Below, in pieces: positions 21,769 through 31,500 of a stretch of 64,000 nt of DNA; position 1 is the stretch's first letter; each line of letters opens with the position of its first letter. Source of the DNA: Candidatus Tenderia electrophaga (lineage in GTDB: Bacteria > Pseudomonadota > Gammaproteobacteria > Tenderiales > Tenderiaceae). Made by a program: the position numbers and the translations under genes. The DNA lies in contig CP013099.1 of assembly GCA_001447805.1 (NCBI GenBank), forward strand, positions 2,115,181-2,179,180, given 5' to 3'. The notes under the pieces were generated by a model, which saw only the letters and a program-made list of their open reading frames with translations, made no database searches and was not told the origin of the DNA.

Positions 21769-22842
21769 ATGCCTTATTTTACTAAAACCTATCATCCGCC
21801 GGGGACGCCGCCCGGCACCCTGGTGGAACGTGCGGCCGGCGCAGCCGGCGCGTTGAGCATCCGCCTGGTCGATTACACCGATCAAGACTACCTGGATAAG
21901 GTGGTCGATCATGCCGATGAATGCCGTCCCTACCTGGAACGGGACAGTATCACCTGGATCCACTTTCAGGGCGCAATCCAGGCACAGGCACTGCGCAACA
22001 TCGGCGAGCTGTTCGATTTGCATGCACTGGCCATGGAGGATGTCATGAACAGCGGGCAACGTCCCAAGGTGGATGAATACGAAGATCAGCTGTTCATCGT
22101 CATGGCCATGCTGGACGTTCAGGCGCCGCACATGAAGGTCGACCAGGTATCGGTTTTTATCGGTCCGAACTACATCATCAGTTTCCACAACGGCGTCCAT
22201 GACCCCTTCGATCCGCTGCGCAAGCGGCTGAAAAAACGCAGCGGCCGGATTCGTTCACTCAAGGCCGATTATCTGCTCTATGGCATTATCGATCTGATCA
22301 TCGACCACGGCTTTCCGGTATTGGAACGCTTCGGCGAGGAAATCGAGACCCTCGAAGACACATTGCTGGCGGCGCCGACCCGCTCCACCCTGGGCGACAT
22401 TCACCGGTTGCGGCGCGAGCTGCTGTTGCTCAGGCGCATGCTGTGGCCGCACCGGGATATAATCAACTACCTGTCGCGCGGCGACAACGCCCTGATCGGC
22501 GCAGGCACCTTGATATATCTGCGCGACTGTTACGATCATTCGATCCAGATCATGGACCTGCTGGAAAACTACCGCGATATGGCCGCCAGCATGCACGATG
22601 TCTATCTCTCTTCGGCCAGTTATCGACTCAATGACGTCATGCGCGTACTGACCATCATCGCCACCATCTTTATTCCCCTGACCTTCATCGCTGGTATCTA
22701 CGGCATGAACTTCGAAAACCCGGACAGCCCCTGGGCCATGCCCGAGCTGGGCTGGTACTACGGCTACCCGCTGGTACTGGGCGGCATGCTGCTGATCGTA
22801 TTCGGCATGTTGTTTTATTTTCGCCGCAAGGCCTGGCTCTGA
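21769..22842 (+). CDS. corA: Magnesium/cobalt transporter CorA
   Basis: PPGTPPGTL, QRPKVDEY, PLTFIAGIYGMNF, MPELGW. Confidence 0.93.
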   Translation: MPYFTKTYHPPGTPPGTLVERAAGAAGALSIRLVDYTDQDYLDKVVDHADECRPYLERDSITWIHFQGAIQAQALRNIGELFDLHALAMEDVMNSGQRPKVDEYEDQLFIVMAMLDVQAPHMKVDQVSVFIGPNYIISFHNGVHDPFDPLRKRLKKRSGRIRSLKADYLLYGIIDLIIDHGFPVLERFGEEIETLEDTLLAAPTRSTLGDIHRLRRELLLLRRMLWPHRDIINYLSRGDNALIGAGTLIYLRDCYDHSIQIMDLLENYRDMAASMHDVYLSSASYRLNDVMRVLTIIATIFIPLTFIAGIYGMNFENPDSPWAMPELGWYYGYPLVLGGMLLIVFGMLFYFRRKAWL

Positions 22843-22894
22843 TTGACCGAATCTGTCAGTTTATTGCTATTATCCGTTGCCATAAGGAGAAGGT

Positions 22895-23701
22895 ATGGAT
22901 CCGGATACATCACAAGCACCACACTGGTGGGGCGAATACACCATCGCCGATACCAAAGGCCTACGCTGCCATATCGGGCCATTAGACCTGCTGCTACGCA
23001 ACCTGCATGAGGAATGGCAAATCGCCTACGATCGCAGCTCAGGCGACGAGGATAAACACAGCGTCTGCCAAATCAGCGAATCGGATCTGAGTCTCGAACA
23101 TTTCACCAACCATTCGCGTTACATCCTGCACGATGACTCGGGCAAAGTGTATATCAACCCGCGCTTGGCGGACCGGCCCATCGTATCCCGCCCCTGGTCG
23201 CCATTTCACCTCAGCGCGGGTCAGGAAACCACACTTTACGTCAGCTCGCCCCTGTGGATCGAAATCACGGTGGGGCACCAACGCCGCACGCTGGAGGAGA
23301 TCGCCATCCTGCGGCCGTCTGATACTTGGTTCGGCGCCTCCACGCAAGAGGGTGAGCTTTGCTACGCCTCGCGCACCAGTTGCCGTCTGCGCCTCGATGA
23401 ATTGCCCTGGCGCCCGCATCGCGCCCTTACGCCGGTGGTCATCCGTAATCGCGCCGACACCACATTATTACTGGAACGGCTCAGCCTGCCCGTGCCCCTG
23501 TTACCCCTGTTCGCCGCGCCGGACGGACGCCTGTGGACCCCGCGCGTCACCCTGACCCGCAGCGATGACGGCGACATGGCGGCGCTCAAGATCGACAAAG
23601 AGGCACCGGTGGAAGTCGACGCGGCGACGCTCATCCACACCCCCCGCACCAACGCCGGCACGGGCACCCTGGTGCGCGCCTTCAATGCCCTGTTTAGCTA
23701 A
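22895..23701 (+). CDS. Conserved hypothetical protein (DUF432-like)
   Basis: PRLADRPIVSRP, RPSDTWFG..EGELCYA; co-oriented between corA and mscS. The family call is from memory. Confidence 0.55.
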   Translation: MDPDTSQAPHWWGEYTIADTKGLRCHIGPLDLLLRNLHEEWQIAYDRSSGDEDKHSVCQISESDLSLEHFTNHSRYILHDDSGKVYINPRLADRPIVSRPWSPFHLSAGQETTLYVSSPLWIEITVGHQRRTLEEIAILRPSDTWFGASTQEGELCYASRTSCRLRLDELPWRPHRALTPVVIRNRADTTLLLERLSLPVPLLPLFAAPDGRLWTPRVTLTRSDDGDMAALKIDKEAPVEVDAATLIHTPRTNAGTGTLVRAFNALFS

Positions 23702-23737
23702 GACCGGAAGATCCGCCCGCATGCAGAGAACGCAATC

Positions 23738-24607
23738 ATGACCGAGTTCTGGAACGAAATCACCACCTATCTCAGCAGCGAAAAGCTCTGGCTCGTGGTG
23801 CGCGCCACCATCCTGCTCATTATCGGTCTGGCGGTCGCCAAACTGGTCAGCAGTACCCTGGCCCGAGTCAGTCATAAAAAACTCGATAGCCATCGGGTGA
23901 TGCTGCTGCGGCGCGGTAGTTATTATCTTATTTTGGGCCTGTTTGCAGTCTCGGCCCTGCACGAACTGGGGTTCAACCTGAGTGTGCTGCTGGGCGCCGC
24001 GGGGATACTCACGGTCGCCATCGGCTTTGCCTCACAGACCTCCGCATCCAATCTTATCAGTGGCCTGTTCCTGGTGGCGGAACGCCCCTTTACGGTGGGC
24101 GATATTATCCGTGTCGGCACCACCTCGGGGGAGGTGCTGTCCATCGACCTGCTGTCGGTCAAACTGCGCACATTCGATAATCTGTTCGTGCGTATCCCCA
24201 ACGAGTCCCTGATCAAGTCCGAGGTCACCACCTTGACCCGCTTTCCCATCCGCCGGATCGATGTGGCGGTCGGCGTGGCCTACAAGGAGGACATCAACCA
24301 AGTCCGCGAGTTGCTGGAGGCGGTGGCGGATAAAAACCCGCTCTGTCTCGAGGAACCCAAACCGCTGTATATCTTTCAGGGCTTTGGCGAATCCTCACTC
24401 AACCTGCAATTTTCGGTCTGGGCCAAACGGGAAAATTTCCTGGAGCTCAAGAACCTCATACACCAAGAGATCAAAGAGGCCTTTGATGCCCACGGTATCG
24501 AGATCCCCTTCCCCCATCGCACCCTGTATACGGGCAGTGTCACCACACCCTTTCCGCTCAGGATGAGCAGCAGCGATTCGGCACAGGCCGACCAGGATAG
24601 GGCTTGA
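23738..24607 (+). CDS. mscS: Small-conductance mechanosensitive channel
   Basis: AIGFASQTSASNLISG, PFTVGDII, RIPNE, GIEIPFPHR. Confidence 0.9.
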   Translation: MTEFWNEITTYLSSEKLWLVVRATILLIIGLAVAKLVSSTLARVSHKKLDSHRVMLLRRGSYYLILGLFAVSALHELGFNLSVLLGAAGILTVAIGFASQTSASNLISGLFLVAERPFTVGDIIRVGTTSGEVLSIDLLSVKLRTFDNLFVRIPNESLIKSEVTTLTRFPIRRIDVAVGVAYKEDINQVRELLEAVADKNPLCLEEPKPLYIFQGFGESSLNLQFSVWAKRENFLELKNLIHQEIKEAFDAHGIEIPFPHRTLYTGSVTTPFPLRMSSSDSAQADQDRA

Positions 24608-24718
24608 GCGGGCCTTAACCCGCCAGCGCGGACATTGCGAAATCTCAAAAAAACCGGTCACCAGATGTGCTAGGGTTTTAGGCATGTTGTCTCATCGCAC
24701 CCTTCAAGAACAATCAAG

Positions 24719-24949
24719 GTGACTCACAAGATGGCAGAAGCTTCCGACTCGACCCCGTTGATGTTAAAGGCGCTCTATCCCCGCTCGCTCAAATACCTGA
24801 CCGACAATCTGCAGGCCTTGGTGCGTGGGCGCCTGTGGCTAAAGGTGATCATCGTCAAACAGGCGGCCTTGCGCACCACCACCGGCGAGGATGTACTCAC
24901 CGAGGCGCAATTGAGCGGGGCGCATAAGACCGAAGTCGGTCAAGCCTAA
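24719..24949 (+). pseudogene. Probable internally deleted dicarboxylate/amino acid:cation symporter remnant
   Basis: PRSLKYLTDNLQALVRGRLWLKVII resembles a DAACS-subfamily N-terminus, but breaks off at the start of TM1 into a hydrophilic tail (TTGEDVL). Confidence 0.45.
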
Positions 24950-24963
24950 GGGCGGGCGTCCCG

Positions 24964-26421
24964 ATGCAGGAGGCGGTCTCCACGCTCTACCACGCCGTGC
25001 GCCTAAAGGTGGTCGCCAAGTATCTCGGTCAATTGGCACTGATGCTGGCACTGCTGACCCTGGTGCCCCTGCTGGTGTCCCTGTTCTACGGCGAACACTT
25101 CTACAGTCTACGCTACGCCGGCGTGATCCTAGCCCTGCTGGTGCTGGGCATCCCCGGGCTCAAGTTGGCCGAACCGAGCGACATTCACACCAACGAGGCC
25201 CTGGTCATCACCGCCCTGGCCTTTGTGCTGTCGCCCCTGCTGATCAGTTGGCCCATGATGGCGGCCGGCCTGCCCTTTATCGATGCCTGGTTCGAGGCGG
25301 TCTCGGGCATTACCACCACCGGGCTCACGACGGTGCAGGCCTTCAGCGACAAACCCATGACCTTCCTCTTCGCCCGCGCCTGGATACAATGGTATGGCGG
25401 CCTGGGTATCGTCATCCTGTCGGTGGCCCTGTTGATGGGTCACCATAATGCCATGAAACGCCTGCTCGGTCCCGAAGGCGGTCAGAGCATGATCACCACC
25501 ACACGCCACTATGCGCGCCGCGTGTTGGTAGTCTATGTCCTCCTTAGCCTAGTGGGCGTGATCGTGGTCTGGTTGCTGCTCCAGGATGGTTTCCTGGCTA
25601 TCACCCACGTCATGACCGCCATCTCCACCGCCGGCTATTCACCACTGGACAACAGCCTGGCCGGTATCGACGACTGGGGCGCCCGGGCGGCGATCATGGT
25701 ACTGTGCTTCTGCGGCGCCGTGCCCTTCGTGCTCTACTATCGACTGTTTAAGGGCAACTGGCGCGGTGTGGTCTTCGACAGTGAATTCCAGCTCCTGCTG
25801 CTGCTCACCCTGGTGGTCAGCGCAGCATTGAGCCTCATCCTGGCCCAACAGTTCGAGTTCAGCTATCGCGAGGCGCTGGGGCACGGTTTCCTGCTCGGCA
25901 CGTCGACCCAGACCAGCACCGGTTTCAGTTCACTCGATGTCGGCGAACTGGACCCCTTGGCCAAGGGCATATTGATCATCGCCATGTTCATCGGCGGAGA
26001 CATGGGCTCCACGGCCGGCGGCATCAAGATCCTCAGGCTGTTGATCCTGGCGCGTCTGATCCAACTCATCATCCAGCGCTATACCCTGCCCGCCCACGCC
26101 GTGATCCAGCCGCGCCTCGACAATCGCAACCTGGAGCACGATGAGATCCATCAGGCCCTGGTGCTGATCCTGCTATTTATCATGGTGAATGTGCTCTCCT
26201 GGCTTGTCTTCCTGGCCTATGGGTACCCACCGTTGGATGCCCTTTTCGAGGTCGTTTCGGCCACCGGCACGGTGGGGCTGTCCACCGGCATCACCCATCC
26301 CGACCTGGAACCCAGCTTGAAAATGGTGCTGATCTTGGACATGCTGCTGGGGCGACTGGAAATCATCGCCCTGCTCATCGTATTGTATTACCGTACCTGG
26401 ATTGGAAAGAGGATGGCCTAA
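24964..26421 (+). CDS. trkH: TrkH-family potassium uptake permease
   Basis: FEAVSGITTTG, QWYGGLG, STAGGIK, SATGTVGLS, MLLGRLE. Confidence 0.9.
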   Translation: MQEAVSTLYHAVRLKVVAKYLGQLALMLALLTLVPLLVSLFYGEHFYSLRYAGVILALLVLGIPGLKLAEPSDIHTNEALVITALAFVLSPLLISWPMMAAGLPFIDAWFEAVSGITTTGLTTVQAFSDKPMTFLFARAWIQWYGGLGIVILSVALLMGHHNAMKRLLGPEGGQSMITTTRHYARRVLVVYVLLSLVGVIVVWLLLQDGFLAITHVMTAISTAGYSPLDNSLAGIDDWGARAAIMVLCFCGAVPFVLYYRLFKGNWRGVVFDSEFQLLLLLTLVVSAALSLILAQQFEFSYREALGHGFLLGTSTQTSTGFSSLDVGELDPLAKGILIIAMFIGGDMGSTAGGIKILRLLILARLIQLIIQRYTLPAHAVIQPRLDNRNLEHDEIHQALVLILLFIMVNVLSWLVFLAYGYPPLDALFEVVSATGTVGLSTGITHPDLEPSLKMVLILDMLLGRLEIIALLIVLYYRTWIGKRMA

Positions 26422-26423
26422 TC

Positions 26424-27068
26424 ATGCGCGCCGTATTCGTGGGAGCCTCATCGTTTGCCCTTATGACCGCCAATCTGCTGCTCAAGCGCGGTCACGAGGT
26501 GGTGATTATCGAAAAGGACAAGGAATGCATTGCCGAGCTGAGCGAGACGCTGGACTGCGGTTTTCTCCACGGGGACGGCAGCAAACCGGCCCTGCAGAAA
26601 GAGGCCGACCCGGACAGCACAGAGATCTTGTTCTGCCTCACCGGCGATGATCGTACCAACATCCTGGCCAGCCTGGTGGGACATTCACTGGGATTTAAAC
26701 GGGTCGTAACCCGCATCGAAGACCGCGAGCTCGAGCATATCTGCCTGGAGCTGGGGCTGGAAGACACCATTATCCCGGCCCGCACTATCGGCCGTTTTCT
26801 CGCCGACATGTTCGAGGGCCAGGACCTGCTGGAACTCTCCACCATGATCCGCGACGAGGCTCGGGTCTTCTCATTCGTGTTGCCGGAGGACTTCGAAGGC
26901 GGCGTCGAGGCCTTGGAGTTGCCCGCAGACGCCCGCCTGGTCTGTATCTATCGTCAGGACAAGCTCATCATCGCCAAGGACGATATGGACCTGCAGGCCG
27001 ATGACGAGGTGGTCATTCTCGCGCACCGCGACTGTTTGCCGAGCTTGCAGGAGCAATGGAACAGTTAG
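26424..27068 (+). CDS. trkA: TrkA-family (single RCK) potassium uptake regulatory subunit
   Basis: GHEVVIIEKD, GDGSKP, LTGDDRTNIL, TrkA-C domain. Confidence 0.85.
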   Translation: MRAVFVGASSFALMTANLLLKRGHEVVIIEKDKECIAELSETLDCGFLHGDGSKPALQKEADPDSTEILFCLTGDDRTNILASLVGHSLGFKRVVTRIEDRELEHICLELGLEDTIIPARTIGRFLADMFEGQDLLELSTMIRDEARVFSFVLPEDFEGGVEALELPADARLVCIYRQDKLIIAKDDMDLQADDEVVILAHRDCLPSLQEQWNS

Positions 27069-27073
27069 ACAGG

Positions 27074-27171
27074 TGTCGGGATATTTTACACATCCACCTG
27101 TACAACCCCGACACGAACACCCTAATTCATTAATTCTGAAGCCCCTGCCTGCAGTTGGCCCGGGATTTGCA
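27074..27171 (+). promoter_or_regulatory. Sigma-54 promoter with upstream activator site and IHF-like site
   Basis: TTGGCCCGGGATTTGCA (GG-N10-GC) at 27155-27171; TGT-N11-ACA at 27074-27090; TAATTCATTAATT at 27123-27135. Confidence 0.6.
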
Positions 27172-27241
27172 ATAAATTTTGTGCAGTTAAGTTGAATTTA
27201 TCGTTATCGGATGTTTAGTCATTGTCGCGCTTGGGGGTCAT

Positions 27242-27709
27242 GTGCAACACGGAGTGTGCCGCAGGAAGGGGGATCGTCGCCGCAGCCACCAACCCTTTCA
27301 CCTCTATAGCCTCGTCGGCCGGCGCCGCAACCATCGCCGCGCCGAACAGACCGCCAATGCCTGGCTGGATCATCACCCCTCCGTCTATCTCGTCGTCACC
27401 CTGGCCATCCTGGGCCTGTGTTTTGCCGATGCCTTTAATACCCTGCAATTGCTCCAAAATGGTGCCCAGGAACTCAACCCACTGATGGATGTGTTGATCC
27501 GATCCGATATTCGCCTCTTTGTCACGGCCAAATTCGCACTGACCGGCCTGGGCCTGTTATTGCTGGTGGGTTATCGCAACAGCACATTTATCAAATGGCT
27601 CAAGGCCCAGCATATCCTGTATAGCGTACTCGCCTTGTATGTCACCTTGATCCTATATCAATCGGTATTGATTCCGGATCATTTGTTAGGCCTGGTATTG
27701 CCCATCTGA
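27242..27709 (+). CDS. DUF5658-like membrane protein
   Basis: Arg-rich DRRR N-terminus, ADAFNTLQLLQNGAQELNPLM, three TM helices. Confidence 0.65.
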   Translation: MQHGVCRRKGDRRRSHQPFHLYSLVGRRRNHRRAEQTANAWLDHHPSVYLVVTLAILGLCFADAFNTLQLLQNGAQELNPLMDVLIRSDIRLFVTAKFALTGLGLLLLVGYRNSTFIKWLKAQHILYSVLALYVTLILYQSVLIPDHLLGLVLPI

Positions 27710-27734
27710 CGATGGTCGCACCATACGAGTCTGT

Positions 27735-28013
27735 CTACAAACGCTTGGCCACCAGCGTCGGCACCTTATCGCTGCGGGTCTCAAGCTTTACATAGCTCAA
27801 CAGACGCACGCTGCCCTCCTGATGCAGGGTCTCGTGGACCAGCTTGACGGCGGCGAGGATTTCATCCAGCTCGCCTTCGATGTTGGTGCCGGAGGCATGG
27901 GTTTCAAGGATAAGATCACGATCATGCAGCAGCTGGACCGCGCGCCGGACCTCCTCCCGGACCGACACCTCGCTACCCAGCGGAATGACCTGTAGTTCGG
28001 CAGTGGCTTTCAT
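27735..28013 (-). CDS. MTH1187/YkoF-like thiamine-binding family protein
   Basis: AELQVIPLG, THASGTNIEGE, KLETRSDK. Confidence 0.8.
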   Translation of the reverse strand: MKATAELQVIPLGSEVSVREEVRRAVQLLHDRDLILETHASGTNIEGELDEILAAVKLVHETLHQEGSVRLLSYVKLETRSDKVPTLVAKRL

Positions 28014-28103
28014 AACGGCTCCTCCCTCGATCCTTATAATGGCGGTGCCCATCACTATAGCCGATTCCGGGCCTGAGACATTACACCACCGCAATGGGGA
28101 AAC

Positions 28104-28135
28104 AGAAAAAGGCCGGGGAGTACCCGGCCTTTTCT
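28104..28135 (-). terminator. Intrinsic terminator after the tRNA-linked element
   Basis: aaaaggccggg-gagta-cccggcctttt. Confidence 0.7.
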
Positions 28136-28146
28136 CTATACTTTAC

Positions 28147-28256
28147 CTGGCGGAGAAGGGTGAGCAAGGTTTCTATCAAAGCCAACGGTTTGGCTTTGAT
28201 CCTTGCGAACGCCCGAGCCTCTGGCGCGGGCTGGATGGTCACCGACTGAACCGCCA
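28147..28256 (-). repeat. tRNA-linked structured element ending in a copy of the tRNA-Ser(GGA) 3' end
   Basis: ctggcggagaagg at 28147-28159 is identical to 28294-28306; nested inverted repeats inside. Confidence 0.7.
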
Positions 28257-28260
28257 AATG

Positions 28261-28289
28261 AAAAAAGCCAGCTGTTTAAGCTGGCTTTT
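28261..28289 (-). terminator. Intrinsic terminator of tRNA-Ser(GGA)
   Basis: aaaagccagct-gttta-agctggctttt. Confidence 0.75.
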
Positions 28290-28294
28290 GAGTC

Positions 28295-28385
28295 TGGCGG
28301 AGAAGGAGGGATTCGAACCCTCGATACGCTATTAACGTATACACACTTTCCAGGCGTGCTCCTTCAACCACTCGGACACTTCTCC
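28295..28385 (-). tRNA. tRNA-Ser(GGA)
   Basis: GGAGAAGTGTCCGAGTGG...CACGC-CTGGAAA-GTGTG, long variable arm, GGTTCGAATCC, TTCTCCGCCA. Confidence 0.96.
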
Positions 28386-28568
28386 TTTAAGGCGCGCAAT
28401 AGTACCCCATCTCTTTTGTTGACGCAATTGGCCATACTCATTTTCGCTGCGCTAATTGATTGGAATCACTGCAAAATTCCTTGAGTGGACCGATATATGT
28501 AATATGGAACCCTGCTCTATGTATGTCAGTCCCAACTAACAGCCATTAGCCAGGAAGGATGTCGGGCC

Positions 28569-31500
28569 ATGATTCATAACACACCCCCCTCTACCCTCTC
28601 GTCCAGCCGCGCGGCGATCAACCAGGCCTATCTGATGGACGAGGATGCCCACCTCAACACCCTGCTGGCAGCCCTGCATCTGGACCAGGATCAGCAGGCC
28701 CGCATCGAGGACATCGCCCGGGAACTGGTGGTGGAGCTGCGCCGGGTCAAGACCAGCAAGGGCGGCATCAGCGCCTTGTTGCAGGAGTACGACCTGAGCT
28801 CACAGGAAGGGGTAATGCTGATGTGCCTGGCCGAGGCGCTGCTGCGCGTCCCGGATTCCGAAACCGCCGACCGGCTGATCCGCGACAAACTGTCCCAGGC
28901 CGAGTGGGACACCCACCTGGGCAAGAGTCATTCCGTGTTCGTCAACGCCTCCACCTGGGGGCTGTTGCTGACCGGCCACATCGTCCAGCTGGCGCCCGAG
29001 ATGGTGCACGAAAGCAGCTCGTTTTTTTCGCGCCTGGTGAGCCGCAGCGGCGAACCGGTAATCCGCATGGCCATCAAGCGGGCCATGAAGATCATCGGTC
29101 AGCAATTCATCATGGGGACCAGTATCGACCAGGCCATTCAGCGGAGTCAGGCAAGCGACAACCGGCTGTTCCGCTACTCATTTGATATGTTGGGCGAGGC
29201 GGCCCTGACCGCGGCCGACGCGCAGACATATTTCGATGCCTACCTCAACGCCATCCACACCCTGGGCGAGCACGCCGCTAAAAGCCACGATGCGCTGTTC
29301 GCCAATCCCGGCATTTCGGTAAAACTATCGGCCCTGCATCCGCGCTATGAATACACCCAGCGCGAGCGCGTGGTAAAGGAACTGCCGCCGCGTCTGCTGC
29401 AACTGGCCCGGGCGGCCAAGCAGGCCAATATCAACCTGACCGTGGACGCGGAAGAGGCGGATCGCCTCGAGCTGTCCCTGGATATTTTTGAACAAGTCGT
29501 GTTGGATGAGTCGCTCACGGCCTGGGACGGTTTCGGCCTGGCACTGCAGGCCTATCAAAAGCGTGCCGTCTTCGTCATCGACTGGCTCGCCGAACTCAGT
29601 CACCGCAGCGCTCATCGCATCCCCATTCGTCTTGTCAAAGGCGCCTACTGGGACACGGAGATCAAGCGCGCCCAGGAGCAGGGCCTGCCCGACTACCCCG
29701 TGTTCAGCCGCAAGTGCTCCACCGACACCGCCTACCTGGCCTGCGCCCAGCGCATTCTGAATTGCGGCAGCGCCTTTTATCCCCAGTTCGCCACCCACAA
29801 TGCCCATACCCTGGCCAGCATCGTGGTGATGGCCGGCGACCGGGATTACGAATTCCAGCGCCTGCACGGCATGGGCGAAGGCCTGTACCGCATGGCCATC
29901 GAACAGCAACAGCTGACCCGTTACTGCCGCGTCTATGCCCCGGTGGGCAGCCACGAAGAACTGCTGCCCTACCTGGTGCGGCGGCTGTTGGAAAACGGCG
30001 CCAACACCTCCTTTGTCAATCAGATCGTCGACGCGCACACGCCGGTGGAACAAATCATCGCCAACCCCATTCATGAGACTGAGGTACTGCAGCAGAAACG
30101 CCATCCGCGTATCCCCCTGCCGCGCGACATCTATGCGCCGCAGCGTTTCAATTCCGGCGGGATCAACCTCAGCGACCCTGAGGCCCTGGCCGAACTGGAT
30201 CAAGGTCTGGAAGACGCTATGTGTAAATCCTGGATCGCCGCACCCATCGTCGGCGGTCAGACCCTTGCGGGGAAACACCGCACCGTGAGCAGCCCCGCCA
30301 ATCGCGAGCACACCATCGGCGAAGTACATCTGGCCGATCACGAGGCGGTGCAGCAGGCCTTGAGCCTGGCCCATGCCCACGCCACCGACTGGAACCATAC
30401 CGCGGCGGAACAGCGCGCCGAGATCCTGGACCAGGTGGCCAACATGCTGGAGCGCAATCGCTACGAACTCATGGCCCTGGCCATACGCGAAGGCGGCCGT
30501 ACACTCCGCGACGCGCTGAGCGAGGTGCGCGAGGCCATCGACTTTTGTCGTTACTACGCCGCCCGCGCGCGCGCGGATTTCGCCCAAGCGATCGAATTGC
30601 CGGGCGTCACCGGCGAACGCAACGAGCTGCGCTTAAGCGGCCGCGGCGCGTTCGTCTGCATCAGCCCGTGGAATTTCCCCGTCGCCATTTTCACCGGCCA
30701 GATCGCCGCCGCCCTGGCGGCGGGCAACAGCGTCATCGCCAAGCCGGCCGGGGCGACTTCATTGACCGGGGCGAAAATCATCAGTTTTATGCACCAGGCC
30801 GGGGTGCCGACCGAGGTGCTGCACTTCCTGCCCGGCGGCGGCGCCGAGATCGGCATGGCGCTGGTGCGCGACCCGCGCACCGCCGGCGTCGCCTTTACCG
30901 GCTCTACCGATACCGCGCGGCAGATCAACCAGGCCCTGGCGCAGCGCGACATCATCATCCCTTTCATCGCCGAGACCGGCGGCCAGAACGCCATGATCGT
31001 GGACAGCTCGGCACTGCCGGAGCAGGTGGTGGCCGACGCGCTCGAGTCCGCCTTCGACAGTGCCGGTCAACGCTGCTCGGCGCTGCGGGTGTTGTTCGTG
31101 CAAGAGGACGTGGCGCCGCGCATACTGGAACTGCTGAGCGGCGCCATGGAGGAACTGGTCATCGGCGATCCGGCACTGATCAATACCGACGTCGGCCCGG
31201 TGATCAACGACAAGGCCAAGGCGGGCCTGCAGCAGCATGTGGAACGTATGCGTCAGGAGGCGAACTTGGTCAAGACCGTGCCCCTGCCCGCGCATTGCAA
31301 CAACGGCTCGTTTTTTGCGCCGCACGCCTTCGAGATCGACACCCTGGATCAACTCAGCCACGAAGTATTCGGCCCGGTGCTGCACATCATTCGCTATCCG
31401 GCCAATCAACTGCATAACGTCGTCGAGGCCATCAATAATACCCGCTACGGCCTGACCCTGGGCATTCACAGCCGCATCGACGCCACGGCGCAGTATATCG

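Noticed and set aside
26424-26460. TrkA GASSFA instead of GxGxxG as a sign of pseudogenisation
   Set aside because: The ORF is otherwise intact and tightly coupled to trkH; degenerate RCK nucleotide motifs are not rare.
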